A stretch of 64,000 nt of DNA from Minisyncoccota bacterium (lineage in GTDB: Bacteria; Patescibacteriota; Minisyncoccia; UBA6257; HR35), in the NCBI GenBank assembly GCA_032249155.1, contig JAVVGJ010000002.1, positions 10,836-74,835 of the forward strand. The letters are read 5' to 3'. The position numbers were made by a program, and so were the translations under genes. The notes beneath the pieces were generated by a model that saw only the letters and a list, made by a program, of their open reading frames with translations, did no database searches and was not told the DNA's origin. Positions 10,050 to 21,030 of this stretch are shown in pieces. How positions within the stretch are numbered: position 1 is the stretch's first letter; every line of letters begins with the position of its first letter.

Positions 10050-12168
10050 TATTTCTCAAACGAAGAATTTCTTCTTTGATTTGTGGTGGCACTATTTCAT
10101 AATGTGAAAATTCCATATAAAATGAACCCCTTCCCTGAGTTAAAGATCTTAAAACAGTAACATATCCAAACATTTCTGCTAAAGGTACTTTCGCATGAAT
10201 AATTTTCACTTTTTCTTCATCAATTACTTCTTCGATCCTTGCTCTTCTTGAAGAAAGATCACCTGTGACATCTCCAACAAATTCTGATGGTACAGTAACT
10301 TCAACTTTCATTATAGGTTCAAGAAGAACAGGATTTCCTTGCTTAACTCCTTCTTGAAGAGCAATAGCGCCGGCAATTTTAAAAGCAATATCAGAGGAGT
10401 CAACTTCATGATAAGAACCGTCATACAAAATTACTCTTATATCTGTAACCGGATAGCCGGCAATAACTCCTTTTTCCATAGCTTCTTTAATTCCTTTTTC
10501 TACAGCAGGAATAAAATTATCAGGAATAATACCTCCTTTAATAGCATTAACAAATTCAAAACCTTTGCCTCTTTCTAAAGGTTCAAGTCTAATAATCACA
10601 TGTCCATATTGTCCTCTACCACCGCTTTGCCTTATATATTTTCCTTCAACTCTTTCTACAACTTGTGTAATAGTTTCCTTATAAGCAACTTGAGGTTTAC
10701 TTATATTAACATCTACTTTAAATTCTCTTTTTAGCCTATCAACCATAATTTCCAGCTGAAGTTCTCCCATGCCGCCAATTAAAGTATCTCCGGTTTCTGG
10801 ATTTACAGATACTTTAAATGTTGGGTCTTCATCAGCTAAGGCTTTAAGAGCTAATCCCATTTTCTCTTGATCAGCTTTAGTTTTAGGTTCAACTTTCATC
10901 CAAACCACAGGTTCAGCAAATTGTATTTTTTCAAACATAATAGGATACTTAGGATCACAAATAGTATCTCCTGTTTTTAAATCTTTTCCTCCGACAATTG
11001 CTCCAATATCTCCTGCAAACATTTCATCAACTTCTTCACGATGATTAGCATGCATTCTTGCAATTCTTCCTATTCTGTAAGTTTCTCCAGTAGAAGTATT
11101 TAAAACTGTCATACCTGATTTTAGAGTACCTGAATATATTCTAAAATAAGAAAGAGTGCCAACATGGGGATCAATCATAATCTTAAAGATAAGAGCTGAA
11201 AATGGTTCGTTATCATCTGCTTTTCTTATTTCTTCTTTCCCTGTAATTGGATTAGTACCTTTAACTGGAGGCAAATCAACTGGTGAAGGCAGAAAATCAA
11301 CTACACCATCTAAAACAAGTTGAACACCTTTATTATCTAAAGCAGAACCACAATAAACAGGAATAAAAAGATAATTAATACAAGCTCTTCTTATAGCTTT
11401 TCTAATATCATCCTCATTAAATTCTCCTGAAAAATATTTATCCATAAAAATTTCATCACTTTCAGCTAATTTTTCTAACATATGGTTTCTCCATTCTTTA
11501 GCATATTTTTCTAAAGAAGGATCAATTTCTTTATAAACTACCTTCTCTCCTTTTTCACCTTCAAAATAAACTTCTTTCATAGTAATTAAATCTATAACAC
11601 CTTTAAAATTTTCCTCTTTACCTATAGGTACACATAAAGGAACAGCATTTTTTGTAAGTTTTTCATAGATTGAATTTAAAGCATCTTCAAAATCAGCTCC
11701 GATTTTATCCATCTTGTTAATAAAACAAATTCTTGGAACTTTATACTTATCAGCTTGGTGCCAAACAGTTTCTGATTGGGCTTCAACTCCTTGAACAGCA
11801 TCAAATAAAACAACAGCTCCATCTAAAACCCTTAAAGATCTTTCTACTTCTGCAGTAAAATCTATATGTCCTGGAGTGTCAATGATGTTTATTTTATATT
11901 CTCCTTTAATTCTTTCTTCTCTAGTAGTTGCCTCTTTTAAATAACTTTGAGTCCAAAAACATGTTACTGCCGCAGCTGTAATTGTAATTCCTCTTTCTCT
12001 TTCTTGTGGCATCCAGTCAGTTACAGTTGTACCTTCATGAACTTCACCAATTTTATGTGAAATTCCAGTATAATACAAAATCCTTTCGGTAGTTGTTGTT
12101 TTTCCGGCATCAATATGAGCAATAATTCCTATATTTCTTGTTTTTTCGATAGGGTAAAGACGCGGCAT
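10036..12168 (-). CDS. fusA: Elongation factor G
   Basis: [35 protein letters not shown]. Confidence 0.98.
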   Translation of the reverse strand: MPRLYPIEKTRNIGIIAHIDAGKTTTTERILYYTGISHKIGEVHEGTTVTDWMPQERERGITITAAAVTCFWTQSYLKEATTREERIKGEYKINIIDTPGHIDFTAEVERSLRVLDGAVVLFDAVQGVEAQSETVWHQADKYKVPRICFINKMDKIGADFEDALNSIYEKLTKNAVPLCVPIGKEENFKGVIDLITMKEVYFEGEKGEKVVYKEIDPSLEKYAKEWRNHMLEKLAESDEIFMDKYFSGEFNEDDIRKAIRRACINYLFIPVYCGSALDNKGVQLVLDGVVDFLPSPVDLPPVKGTNPITGKEEIRKADDNEPFSALIFKIMIDPHVGTLSYFRIYSGTLKSGMTVLNTSTGETYRIGRIARMHANHREEVDEMFAGDIGAIVGGKDLKTGDTICDPKYPIMFEKIQFAEPVVWMKVEPKTKADQEKMGLALKALADEDPTFKVSVNPETGDTLIGGMGELQLEIMVDRLKREFKVDVNISKPQVAYKETITQVVERVEGKYIRQSGGRGQYGHVIIRLEPLERGKGFEFVNAIKGGIIPDNFIPAVEKGIKEAMEKGVIAGYPVTDIRVILYDGSYHEVDSSDIAFKIAGAIALQEGVKQGNPVLLEPIMKVEVTVPSEFVGDVTGDLSSRRARIEEVIDEEKVKIIHAKVPLAEMFGYVTVLRSLTQGRGSFYMEFSHYEIVPPQIKEEILRLRNNVKI

Positions 12169-12197
12169 TTAAAAATCAAAAACATCTAATTCTGACC

Positions 12198-12695
12198 TTA
12201 TTCTTGTGGGGGTTTTTTCCTATTCCACCAACCAAAATGGGCAAAGGCTTTATTAGCTTCAGATAATTTATGCATTTCTATTTTTTTCTTATAGGCTTCT
12301 CCTTCTTCATTAGCTGCTAAGATTATTTCTTCAGCTAATCTTTCAAACATAGGTTTTCCTTTTTTACTTCTAGCTGCCTCAATTATCCATTTAATTGATT
12401 TAGAAATTCTTCTTTCTGCTCTCACAGGTCTTGGCACTAAAAAGGTAGCACCACCAACTCTTCTTGGCCAAACCTCTAAAAGAGGAGCTACATTTTTAAG
12501 AGCTTGCTGAAAAACTTTTAATGGATCCTGATTTGTTTTTTGTTCAACAATCTCCATAGCTTTATAAAAAATTTTTTGTGCTTTAGTTTTTTTACCGTCT
12601 CTCATAAGATTATTTATAAATCTTGCCACTAAAATGCTATTATAAATAGGGTCTGGCTGCCAATGTCTTTCAATTTTTATTCTTCTTCTAGGCAT
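12198..12695 (-). CDS. rpsG: 30S ribosomal protein S7
   Basis: DGKKTKAQKI, RRVGGATF-VP, EANKAFAHF. Confidence 0.97.
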   Translation of the reverse strand: MPRRRIKIERHWQPDPIYNSILVARFINNLMRDGKKTKAQKIFYKAMEIVEQKTNQDPLKVFQQALKNVAPLLEVWPRRVGGATFLVPRPVRAERRISKSIKWIIEAARSKKGKPMFERLAEEIILAANEEGEAYKKKIEMHKLSEANKAFAHFGWWNRKKPPQE

Positions 12696-13108
12696 TATTC
12701 TTTAGGTTTTTTAGTTCCATAAAGAGAACGACCTTGTCTTCTTCCTTCAACCCCAGCAGCATCATAAACGCCTCTCACAATATGATACCTCACACCAGGG
12801 AGATCTTTAACTCTTCCTCCTCTTACCAAAACAATCGAGTGTTCCTGAAGATTATGACCAATACCTGGAATATAAGCAGTTACTTCAATGCCGTTAGAAA
12901 GTCTTACTTTGGCTACTTTTCTTAAAGCTGAATTAGGTTTTTTAGGTGTCATAGTATAAACTCTAATGCAAACTCCTTTTTTAAAAGGAGAAGGAGCATA
13001 ATAAAGTTTTCTTTTAAGAGAATTATAAGAGTAAAGCAGAGCAGCTGCCTTTACTTTATACTTTCTTTTCTCTCTTCCTTTTCTTAAAAGTTGATTAATG
13101 GTTGGCAT
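12695..13108 (-). CDS. rpsL: 30S ribosomal protein S12
   Basis: [28 protein letters not shown]. Confidence 0.98.
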   Translation of the reverse strand: MPTINQLLRKGREKRKYKVKAAALLYSYNSLKRKLYYAPSPFKKGVCIRVYTMTPKKPNSALRKVAKVRLSNGIEVTAYIPGIGHNLQEHSIVLVRGGRVKDLPGVRYHIVRGVYDAAGVEGRRQGRSLYGTKKPKE

Positions 13109-13138
13109 TTTGAAAAAAAATAAAAATGCGCTTAGTTA

Positions 13139-13147
13139 ATTATAACA
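13139..13147 (-). promoter_or_regulatory. Extended -10 promoter upstream of rpsL
   Basis: TGTTATAAT about 30 nt upstream of the ATG. Confidence 0.65.
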
Positions 13148-13171
13148 AAAAAAGAGGTATTTTGAAAATAG

Positions 13172-13256
13172 TGCCCGGGGTGGGACTCGAACCCACAAGG
13201 CCTTAACGGCCAGCAGATTTTGAGTCTGCCGCGTCTACCATTTCCGCCACCCGGGC
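13172..13256 (-). tRNA. tRNA-Leu(CAA)
   Basis: GCCCGGG acceptor, GCAGA-CT-CAA-AA-TCTGC, long variable arm, GGTTCGAGTC. Confidence 0.95.
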
Positions 13257-13266
13257 TTTTAATTAA

Positions 13267-13275
13267 ATTATATCA
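13267..13275 (-). promoter_or_regulatory. Extended -10 promoter for tRNA-Leu(CAA), overlapping the thpR stop codon
   Basis: TGATATAAT 10 nt upstream of the tRNA. Confidence 0.6.
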
Positions 13276-13843
13276 CATCGCTATCAGAAATAAGCTTTAT
13301 TTTAATTTTTTCTTCATACTCTGCACCTTCTCTTTTTAAAATAGATTCATAAAGGACAATCTCATTAAAAATAACGCCCCAATTAAGTTCTTTTTTTATT
13401 TTTTGAGTTATACGCTTTCCTTTTAAACGACAAAGATTAATATGAGGCAAAAAATCTCTTTCTTCTCTTTTATAATCAACCTTAAATTCTTCGAGTTTTT
13501 TTTCAAATTCTTTTTTAAGCTCTTCAAGTCTTTTTTCTTTTTCCACGTAAAGCCAAATCATTGAATCTTTTCCAGGAGGTCCGAAATCTACTTTTTTTAT
13601 TTTTAAGTGAAATTCTTTCATCAAACTGTTTTTACCCCAAGGAAAAGTTTTGAAAATTTCTTCTATTTTTAAAAAATCTTCAAAATTTATGTAACCTAAA
13701 AAAATTAAAGTTAAATGCAAATTTTCTAATTTGATCCAATTAATTTTAAAACCTATTTCTTTTTCTAAATCTTTTTCTAAAAAAGCAATCTTTTTTTTAA
13801 GACCGTAGGTAAGTGGAAGAGCGATAAAAAGTCTTATTTTCAT
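13268..13843 (-). CDS. thpR: RNA 2',3'-cyclic phosphodiesterase (2H family)
   Basis: RLFIAL, NLHLTLIFLG, FLPHINL, LYESIL...GAEY. Confidence 0.88.
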   Translation of the reverse strand: MKIRLFIALPLTYGLKKKIAFLEKDLEKEIGFKINWIKLENLHLTLIFLGYINFEDFLKIEEIFKTFPWGKNSLMKEFHLKIKKVDFGPPGKDSMIWLYVEKEKRLEELKKEFEKKLEEFKVDYKREERDFLPHINLCRLKGKRITQKIKKELNWGVIFNEIVLYESILKREGAEYEEKIKIKLISDSDVI

Positions 13844-16800
13844 ATAAAGGATGGTTTTAGATTTTTAATTTTTTTAAGATCAGTTATATTTTGAATAAGA
13901 TCAGCTAAGATATATATTTTTTCTTTCTTTCTTGTTTCTCCGACAATAAAATAAATATCACCTTCTCTTAAAATTTCAAAATAATTTTCATAAACTTCAG
14001 GAGGAAGAAAAACTTCTATTCTACCTGAAAGGTCTTCAATTTCAAGATAAGCAAAAGGTTTTTTATCCTTATTTATTTTTCTTTCAACACTGTTTAAAAC
14101 ACCAGCGACAGCGATTTTAATATTTTCTCCAAAGTTTGAAATGTCACTTATTTTTTTTACTTTTCCTCTTAAAACTTTCTCGAAATCTTCAAAAGGATGT
14201 CCAGAAAGATAAATTCCCAAAAGTTCCTTTTCATATTTATAAATATCTATTTTAGAAATAGAGGTATATGTAGGAAAAACTAGGTCAGAGTTTTTATTTC
14301 CAAAAAGACTTTTAGCTAGAGAGAAATTTTTAATTCTACTTGCGTAATCTAAAATTTTGTCTAAATTACTTATAAAAACTTCTCTCTTACCAAATCTATC
14401 AAAAACACCTGCTTTAATTAAACTTTCAATAGATTTTTTATTTAAATCTTTATGTTTTATTCTTGAAAAAAAATCAGATAGAGATTTAAAAGGACCATTT
14501 GTTTTCCTTTCTTCTAAAATAGCTTCGACAAGTGGTTTACCTACATTTTTAATACTTCCGAGACCAAAACGAATAGTATCATTACTTACAATTTTGAAAT
14601 AAAAATCACTTTCGTTAATATCTGGTGGTAAAATCTTAAAACCATATTTTTTAGCTTCTTCTAAATAAACGTAGATCCTTTCCACATCATGGCCTTCATG
14701 AATAAGACAAGCGTTAATAAATTCTAAAGGATAATAAGCTTTAAGATAAGCAGTAATATAGGAAACATAAGCATAGGAAATTGAATGACTTTTATTAAAG
14801 CCATATTGACCAAATGGTTCTATCCAGTCCCAAATTTTTTGAGCCAAGCCTTCTGAAATTCCATTTTTTATCATTCCTTGAATAAGCTTTGCTTTAAGCG
14901 ACTGAAGTAAATCAACTTTTTTCTTACCAACTGCTTTTCTCAAAACATCTGCTTCTCCTAAAGTAAAACCAGCTAAATCAGTAGCAATTCTCATAAGCTG
15001 TTCTTGATAAACTAAAATTCCATAAGTTACAGAAAGGATTGGTTCTAAAAGTGGATGAAGATATTCTACGGGTTCTTTTCCATACTTTCTTTTTACATAA
15101 TCAGGGATAAGTTTAACAGGTCCTGGTCTATAAAGAGCTAAGACGGCAGAAAGTTCTTCTAAATTTTTTGGTTTTATTTGTTTCAAAGCTTCTGTCATGC
15201 CCTTACCTTCTACTTGAAAAACACCAACTGTTTTACCTTGACTGTAAATTTCCTTAACCTCTTCTTCAAAACTGTCTTCGTTTAATTTTTTAAAATCTAT
15301 CTCTTTACCATGTCTTTCTTTTATTATTTTGAGCGTGTCTTCAATAATAGAAAGAGTTCTTAAGCCAAGAAAATCCATTTTTAAAAGTCCCAAATCTGAA
15401 ATTGCATTCATATCGTATTGGGTAATTATTCTTGAAGTCTCCTGAGGAGCAAATTGAAGAGGTAAAATTTCTAAAATATCTCCTGGTGTAATCACGACGC
15501 CTGAAGCATGAACAGAAACGTGTCTAACTACTTTTTCTACTCTTTTAGCATATTCCAAAATTGTTCTATATTTAGGTTCTTCTTTAAGAATTTTTTTAAC
15601 ATCACTTAAGTTTTCTACTTCACTTAAACTCATATTTTGAGGAACAAGACGAGCTAATTTATCAACAAAAGAAAACGAAAAACCTAAAGCTCTACCAATA
15701 TCTCTTACTGCTGCTCTTGAAGCCATTTTTCCAAAAGTAATTATTTGAGCAAAGCTATTTTCACCATATCTTTTTTTCAAATATTCAAAAATTAGATCTC
15801 TTTTAATATCACTAACATCAACATCAATATCAGGGGCTTCTACTCTTTCTGGATTTAAAAATCTTTCAAAAAGTAAATCATACTTTAAAGGATTAATTTC
15901 GGTAATCCCTAAAAGATAAGAAACCAAACTCCCAGCTGCTGAACCTCTACCTGGACCAACTAAAATTCCCTCTTTTTTAGCAAAATTAACAACGTCTTGA
16001 ACTATTAAGAAATATCCAGAAAAACCCGTTTTTTTAATCACATCTAATTCATAATTCATTCTCTCTATGGCTTTTTGATCATTCTCTAGACCTCTTTTTC
16101 TAAGACCTTCATAAGCTAATTTTCTTAAATACTCATCTTCAGTCATATTTGGTGGCAAAGGAAAAACAGGGTATTTATGTTTTCCTAATTCTATTTCCAA
16201 ATTTATTCTTTCAGCTATTTCCAAGGTATTCAAAATTGCCTCTTCTATATCTCCATAAAGTTCATAGATTCTTTTTTCATCAGCTAAAGAAAAATCATCT
16301 TCTTTCATAGAAAGCCTATCTTCTTCTTCAACATCTTTTCCTTGTTGAATAGCCAAAAATATATCATGAACTTCTCTATCTTCAGGATAGACGTAATGAA
16401 CATCATAAGTAGCTACCATCTTAAGGTTTGTTTCTTTAGCAAGATCTACTAAAGCTTTTTTAAGTTTTTTTACATCTTCTAAATGAGGATGATAGTTAAT
16501 TTCAATAAAGAAATTATCTTTACCAAAAATTTCTACATATTCAAAAACCTTCTTTTTAGCTAAATCATAATTTCCTTCTAAAATAAGACGAGGGATTTCA
16601 CCGTTAGGACATCCAGAAAGGACAATTAAACCTTCGCTATATTCTCTTAAAAGATCTTTATCAACTCTTGGTTTATAGTAGAAACCTTCAAGATATGCTT
16701 TACTTACAAGTTTAATTAAATTCTTATATCCCTTTTCATTTTCTGCCAAAACTGTAAGATGATAACTTTTGGAATCGATTTTTGGTGTTTTATCAAATCT

Positions 16801-17019
16801 TGTTCTTTTAGCTACGTAAAGTTCAGCTCCTATAATTGGCTTGATACCTAAACTTTTGGCTTTTTTATAAAATTCAATAGCACCATAGAGATTTCCATGG
16901 TCAGTTAAAGCCAAAGCAGAATAACCAAGTTCCTTAGCTCTTTGAAGCAAATCATCGATTTTGCCTAAACCGTCAAGTAGGCTATAATGAGAATGTACAT
17001 GAAGATGGACGAATTTCAT
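13840..17019 (-). CDS. dnaE: DNA polymerase III alpha subunit
   Basis: HLHVHSHYSLLDG PHP domain, GRGSAAGS, PDIDVD, LKMDFLGL, GFNKSHS. Confidence 0.97.
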   Translation of the reverse strand: MKFVHLHVHSHYSLLDGLGKIDDLLQRAKELGYSALALTDHGNLYGAIEFYKKAKSLGIKPIIGAELYVAKRTRFDKTPKIDSKSYHLTVLAENEKGYKNLIKLVSKAYLEGFYYKPRVDKDLLREYSEGLIVLSGCPNGEIPRLILEGNYDLAKKKVFEYVEIFGKDNFFIEINYHPHLEDVKKLKKALVDLAKETNLKMVATYDVHYVYPEDREVHDIFLAIQQGKDVEEEDRLSMKEDDFSLADEKRIYELYGDIEEAILNTLEIAERINLEIELGKHKYPVFPLPPNMTEDEYLRKLAYEGLRKRGLENDQKAIERMNYELDVIKKTGFSGYFLIVQDVVNFAKKEGILVGPGRGSAAGSLVSYLLGITEINPLKYDLLFERFLNPERVEAPDIDVDVSDIKRDLIFEYLKKRYGENSFAQIITFGKMASRAAVRDIGRALGFSFSFVDKLARLVPQNMSLSEVENLSDVKKILKEEPKYRTILEYAKRVEKVVRHVSVHASGVVITPGDILEILPLQFAPQETSRIITQYDMNAISDLGLLKMDFLGLRTLSIIEDTLKIIKERHGKEIDFKKLNEDSFEEEVKEIYSQGKTVGVFQVEGKGMTEALKQIKPKNLEELSAVLALYRPGPVKLIPDYVKRKYGKEPVEYLHPLLEPILSVTYGILVYQEQLMRIATDLAGFTLGEADVLRKAVGKKKVDLLQSLKAKLIQGMIKNGISEGLAQKIWDWIEPFGQYGFNKSHSISYAYVSYITAYLKAYYPLEFINACLIHEGHDVERIYVYLEEAKKYGFKILPPDINESDFYFKIVSNDTIRFGLGSIKNVGKPLVEAILEERKTNGPFKSLSDFFSRIKHKDLNKKSIESLIKAGVFDRFGKREVFISNLDKILDYASRIKNFSLAKSLFGNKNSDLVFPTYTSISKIDIYKYEKELLGIYLSGHPFEDFEKVLRGKVKKISDISNFGENIKIAVAGVLNSVERKINKDKKPFAYLEIEDLSGRIEVFLPPEVYENYFEILREGDIYFIVGETRKKEKIYILADLIQNITDLKKIKNLKPSFI

Positions 17020-17658
17020 TTCATAAAAATTTTATCAAAAGGAATTAAAAATAAAAAAGATTGGCAATTTGAAAAAAATATTTTGAAAAAATATAAAACT
17101 CTTGTAAGCATTGATGAAGCAGGAAGAGGAGCTTTAGCTGGACCGCTTTCTTTAGGAGCTCTTTTTATTGATAAAACTTCTTTAAAAATTTTAGAGAAAA
17201 ATAAAATATTTTTCCTTGATTCTAAAGAGGTTTCTGAGGAAAAAAGAGAAATTTTTCTAAAAATAATTAAAAAAACCGGTATTCCTTACAAAAAAATTTT
17301 TATTTCCAATAAAAAAATAGATAGATTAGGTATAGGAAAAGCTTATATTTTAGGTATCGAAAAAATAAGAGAATTTTTTAATCCCGAGATTTTAATTTTG
17401 GACGGTAAAGAAAATAAAAATATAAAAGGGGCAATTTTTGTAGTTAAGGGTGATAAAAAATTAAATTCTTTAGGTGGTGCTTCCATTGTGGCTAAGGTTT
17501 ATAGAGACAGATTTATGAAAAGATTAGCAAAAAAATTTAATTTTTATAAGTGGGAAATAAATAAGGGATACGGAACTAAAGAGCACTTAGAAGCAATTAA
17601 AAAAATCGGAATTTCAGATTATCATAGAAAAAGTTTTTTAAAAAAATTATTAGGGTAA
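16987..17658 (+). CDS. rnhB: Ribonuclease HII (true start uncertain, probably downstream of 16987)
   Basis: IDEAGRGALAGP, DSK, KGD, ASIVAKVYRD, NKGYGTKEH, HRKSF. Confidence 0.92.
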   Translation: MRMYMKMDEFHFIKILSKGIKNKKDWQFEKNILKKYKTLVSIDEAGRGALAGPLSLGALFIDKTSLKILEKNKIFFLDSKEVSEEKREIFLKIIKKTGIPYKKIFISNKKIDRLGIGKAYILGIEKIREFFNPEILILDGKENKNIKGAIFVVKGDKKLNSLGGASIVAKVYRDRFMKRLAKKFNFYKWEINKGYGTKEHLEAIKKIGISDYHRKSFLKKLLG

Positions 17659-17877
17659 AAATGGAAGAAGCGCCATTTGTCTAGCTCTTTTAACTGCTCG
17701 AGCAAATTTTCTTTGATGAAATGAACATAAACCCGTATGTTTCCTTTTTTTAATCTTATAAGCAGCAGAAAGAAATCTTTTTAAAATTTCCACATCTTTA
17801 TAATCAATTTCTTTAGCAGCTTGTGAACAAAAATAGCAAGTCTTTTTTTCCTTAGGTTTTATAATTTCGTTAATCAT
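17650..17877 (-). CDS. rpsR: 30S ribosomal protein S18
   Basis: CYFC, IDYKDV, TGLC, AVKRARQMALLP. Confidence 0.96.
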   Translation of the reverse strand: MINEIIKPKEKKTCYFCSQAAKEIDYKDVEILKRFLSAAYKIKKRKHTGLCSFHQRKFARAVKRARQMALLPFLP

Positions 17878-17883
17878 AGAAAT

Positions 17884-17892
17884 ATTATAACA
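17884..17892 (-). promoter_or_regulatory. Extended -10 promoter; probable leaderless rpsR mRNA
   Basis: TGTTATAAT followed by 6 nt then ATG. Confidence 0.65.
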
Positions 17893-17905
17893 TAAATTTG
17901 TTTAC

Positions 17906-19948
17906 TCAAATAAGACCATTAAGTCTTAAGAAAGCATTTACATTTGGTTTTCTCCCTCTAAATCTTTTGTAAAGAATCATAGGATCTTCAGAGTCTCCTT
18001 TTTCTAAAATGTTTTTTCTAAATGAAAGTCCTAATTTTCTATTTAAAAGTCCGTTTTTCTTGAAATATTCAAAAGCATCGCAAGCTAAAACTTCAGACCA
18101 AAAGTAACTGTAATAACCAACTTCATATTCCCAAGTAAAAAATATATGTCTAAATCTTGTGAGGTTATATCTTAAAAACATTTCAGGAATTAAACCAATT
18201 TTTTTCATAACCTTTTTTTCAAACTCTGGCGGATTTAAATCTTTATAATTCTTTAAGGTATGTATTTCTATATCCAAAAGAGCGTCAGCTATAGCATAAG
18301 CCTTTTCAAAACCTTGATTAAATTTTTTGTAATTTTTAACTCTTTCAATAATCTCAAAAGGAATTGGTTTATTTGTTTTATAATGCTTAGCAAATTTTTC
18401 TAAAAGATCTTCTTCTAAATGAAACCATTGAGTAAACATAGAAGGAAGTTCTACAAAATCTAAGGCTACATTCGTGCCAGAAAGAAAAGGGTATTTACAT
18501 TTGGAAAGCAAATTATGAAGAGCATGGCCAAATTCATGAAAAAGTGTTTCCAAATCATCAAGAGTAAGTAGCATTGGTTCTTTTGAAGTGCTTTTCAGAA
18601 AATTAGAAGCATTTAAAACTATAGGCAATTTAACTTTACCATCAAGAGATGATCTTTTTTGAAAGCTTGTGCTCCAAGCATGACTTATTTTATCTTTTCT
18701 TTCAAAAAGATCAAGATAAAAAACTCCTAAAGTTGAACCATCTCGATCTTTTACTTCATAAACCTTAAGATCTTCGTGAAATTTAGGAAGATCGTTTCTT
18801 TCTACAAATTCTATACCGTAAAGCTTATTAGCTAGATAAAACATACCGTCAAGACAATTTTCAAGTTTAAGATAGGGTTTAATTTCTTCTTCTTCAAAAT
18901 TAAATTTTTCTTTTCTTACTTTTTCTGCATAGTATAGCCAATCCCAAGGTTTTATCTTAAACTTCTTTCCTTCTTTATAAACTGCTTCTTGAATTTCTTT
19001 TAATTCATCTTTAGATTTTTTGATAGATTTATCCCAAAGCACTTTCAAAAAATTATAGACATCTTCAGGTTTTTTGAGCATTCTTCCTTCTAAATCTAAA
19101 ACAAAATGAGCGAAAGTTTTATATCCCAAGATTTTAGCTTTTTCTATTCTAAGTTTTATTATTTTAGAAATTATTTCTTTGTTGTCAAACTCATTATTAT
19201 TATTTCCAATATTCATAAAAGCCTTAAGCATTTTTTCTCTGAGTTCTCTTTTTGCTGAATATTGGAGAAATTGGAAAACTACGTTCATTTTTAAAGGAAA
19301 AATCCATTTATTTTTATAACCTCTTTCTTTAGCTAAATTTTCTGCATATTGTATTAATGATTCAGGAAGGCCCTCCAAATCTTCTCTTTTTTCAATAATA
19401 AGTTTAGATTTTTCTTCATCTCCATTAACATTTTCTCCAAATTTTTGTGAAAGCAAAGTAAGCTCTTTATTTATTTCCATTAAACGGATTTTAGATTTTT
19501 TATCTAAATTAACTCCTCTTTTTAAAAATTCTCTATAATATTTATCTAAGAGTCTTTTTTGTTCTGAGTTAAGCTTTAAGTATTTTCTTTTTTTATAAAC
19601 TGCTTTTACTTTTTCGAAAAGTTTTTCGTTCATAAATATCTCATCATAATGGTTAGTAAGAGCTGGTAATATCTCTTTAGATATTTCTCTCATTTTTTCT
19701 GTATATAGAGAGTCAAGCAAAGCATAAAAAGTATAAGATACCCTATTTAAAACTTCATCGCTTTTTTCTAAGGCTTCAATTGTGTTTTTAAATGTAGGCT
19801 TTTCTGGATTATTAATTATTTTCTCTATTTCTTTTTTATGAATTTCAATGGCTGTTTTAAATGCAGGCAAAAAATGTTCCTCCTTAATATCTTCAAAAGG
19901 AGGTATGCCAAAAGGCGTTTTAAATTCTTCTAATAACAGGTTTTTCAT
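17906..19948 (-). CDS. M3 family metallopeptidase (Dcp/oligopeptidase A-like)
   Basis: LFHEFGHALH, DFVELPS, GYYSYFWSEVL, FRGRKP. Confidence 0.93.
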   Translation of the reverse strand: MKNLLLEEFKTPFGIPPFEDIKEEHFLPAFKTAIEIHKKEIEKIINNPEKPTFKNTIEALEKSDEVLNRVSYTFYALLDSLYTEKMREISKEILPALTNHYDEIFMNEKLFEKVKAVYKKRKYLKLNSEQKRLLDKYYREFLKRGVNLDKKSKIRLMEINKELTLLSQKFGENVNGDEEKSKLIIEKREDLEGLPESLIQYAENLAKERGYKNKWIFPLKMNVVFQFLQYSAKRELREKMLKAFMNIGNNNNEFDNKEIISKIIKLRIEKAKILGYKTFAHFVLDLEGRMLKKPEDVYNFLKVLWDKSIKKSKDELKEIQEAVYKEGKKFKIKPWDWLYYAEKVRKEKFNFEEEEIKPYLKLENCLDGMFYLANKLYGIEFVERNDLPKFHEDLKVYEVKDRDGSTLGVFYLDLFERKDKISHAWSTSFQKRSSLDGKVKLPIVLNASNFLKSTSKEPMLLTLDDLETLFHEFGHALHNLLSKCKYPFLSGTNVALDFVELPSMFTQWFHLEEDLLEKFAKHYKTNKPIPFEIIERVKNYKKFNQGFEKAYAIADALLDIEIHTLKNYKDLNPPEFEKKVMKKIGLIPEMFLRYNLTRFRHIFFTWEYEVGYYSYFWSEVLACDAFEYFKKNGLLNRKLGLSFRKNILEKGDSEDPMILYKRFRGRKPNVNAFLRLNGLI

Positions 19949-19955
19949 TTTTAAG

Positions 19956-20026
19956 CTGCGGGGTCTGGATTCGAACCAGAACCTCAGGGTCCAGAGCCCT
20001 GCGTGCTACCTTTACACCACCCCGCA
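19956..20026 (-). tRNA. tRNA-Gln(CTG)
   Basis: TGCGGGG acceptor, CAGGG-CT-CTG-GA-CCCTG, GGTTCGAATC. Confidence 0.95.
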
Positions 20027-20044
20027 TAAGACTTTAAATTTATT

Positions 20045-21016
20045 TTATCTCATTTTTTCTTTGAAGTAATAATTAAAAATTTCTGTAAGTATAACTAAAA
20101 TAGGTAAAACAGAAATCACGCCCCAAAATCCAAAAAGTTTGCCGAAAATTAAAATGCTAATAATCACAAGTATTGGGTTTAACTGAACTGTTCCTTTCAT
20201 TACTAATGGTACTAAAAAGTGATTTTCTAACTGTTGAATTATAAAGAAAGATAAAATTAAAGGGAAAATAGCTTCTGGCCTTTCGATAACTGCTATAAAA
20301 ACAGCTATTAATGTAGAAACTATTGGTCCTAAAATTGGTACTGCTTCTAAAACTCCGGCAGTTAAACTTACTAAAAACTTATAAGGTAAATTAAAAATAA
20401 TTGCATAAACAAAATAAACAGAAAGTCCTATGGAAAACATAAGTATAATCTGACCTAAAATCCAAAAAGCAAGTTTTCTTTTGATTCTAAACCAAAGATT
20501 AAAAATTTCTTCCTTTTTTTCTTCGTTTCTAATATAAGAAAAAATTTCTCTTTCTAAGTTAGGACTAAAAGCTATATAAAGAGAAATAACAAAAACTAAA
20601 ATAACAGAAATAAAACTTCCAAAGAGAGAATAAAGAAAATAAAAAATATTAGGAAAATAAGATTGAAAAATGTTAAGAATGTCTAATTTTTTAAATGTTT
20701 CTTCTTTTTCAATTTTAAGATTATAGCTTTTTAAAATTTCATTAAGATGGGAAACAAAAGAAGGAAATTCGGTAGTTATTACTTTAAAGAGAGAATAGAA
20801 AAGAAAACTTATGAAAAGAAAAATAAAAAGATAAAGCAAAAAAACAAAAAGATAATAAGGAAGATTTGTCTTTATGCTTAAAAAACGAGCTATATTTTGT
20901 AAAGTGAAACCTAAAACTATTCCTAAAAAAAGAGCAAAAATTGTTTCCTTGGTAATCCAAAAAATTATAAATAAAAGAGGAAAAAGCCAAAAACTTACTT
21001 TTTTAAAAGCTTCCAT
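20045..21016 (-). CDS. AI-2E family transporter
   Basis: Multi-TM; EAVPILGP, IQQLENHFLVP, GKLFGFWG. Confidence 0.88.
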   Translation of the reverse strand: MEAFKKVSFWLFPLLFIIFWITKETIFALFLGIVLGFTLQNIARFLSIKTNLPYYLFVFLLYLFIFLFISFLFYSLFKVITTEFPSFVSHLNEILKSYNLKIEKEETFKKLDILNIFQSYFPNIFYFLYSLFGSFISVILVFVISLYIAFSPNLEREIFSYIRNEEKKEEIFNLWFRIKRKLAFWILGQIILMFSIGLSVYFVYAIIFNLPYKFLVSLTAGVLEAVPILGPIVSTLIAVFIAVIERPEAIFPLILSFFIIQQLENHFLVPLVMKGTVQLNPILVIISILIFGKLFGFWGVISVLPILVILTEIFNYYFKEKMR

Positions 21017-21030
21017 TAAATATTATTTTA

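Noticed and set aside
19848-20069. 73-aa plus-strand ORF
   Set aside because: Antisense to tRNA-Gln and the M3 peptidase start
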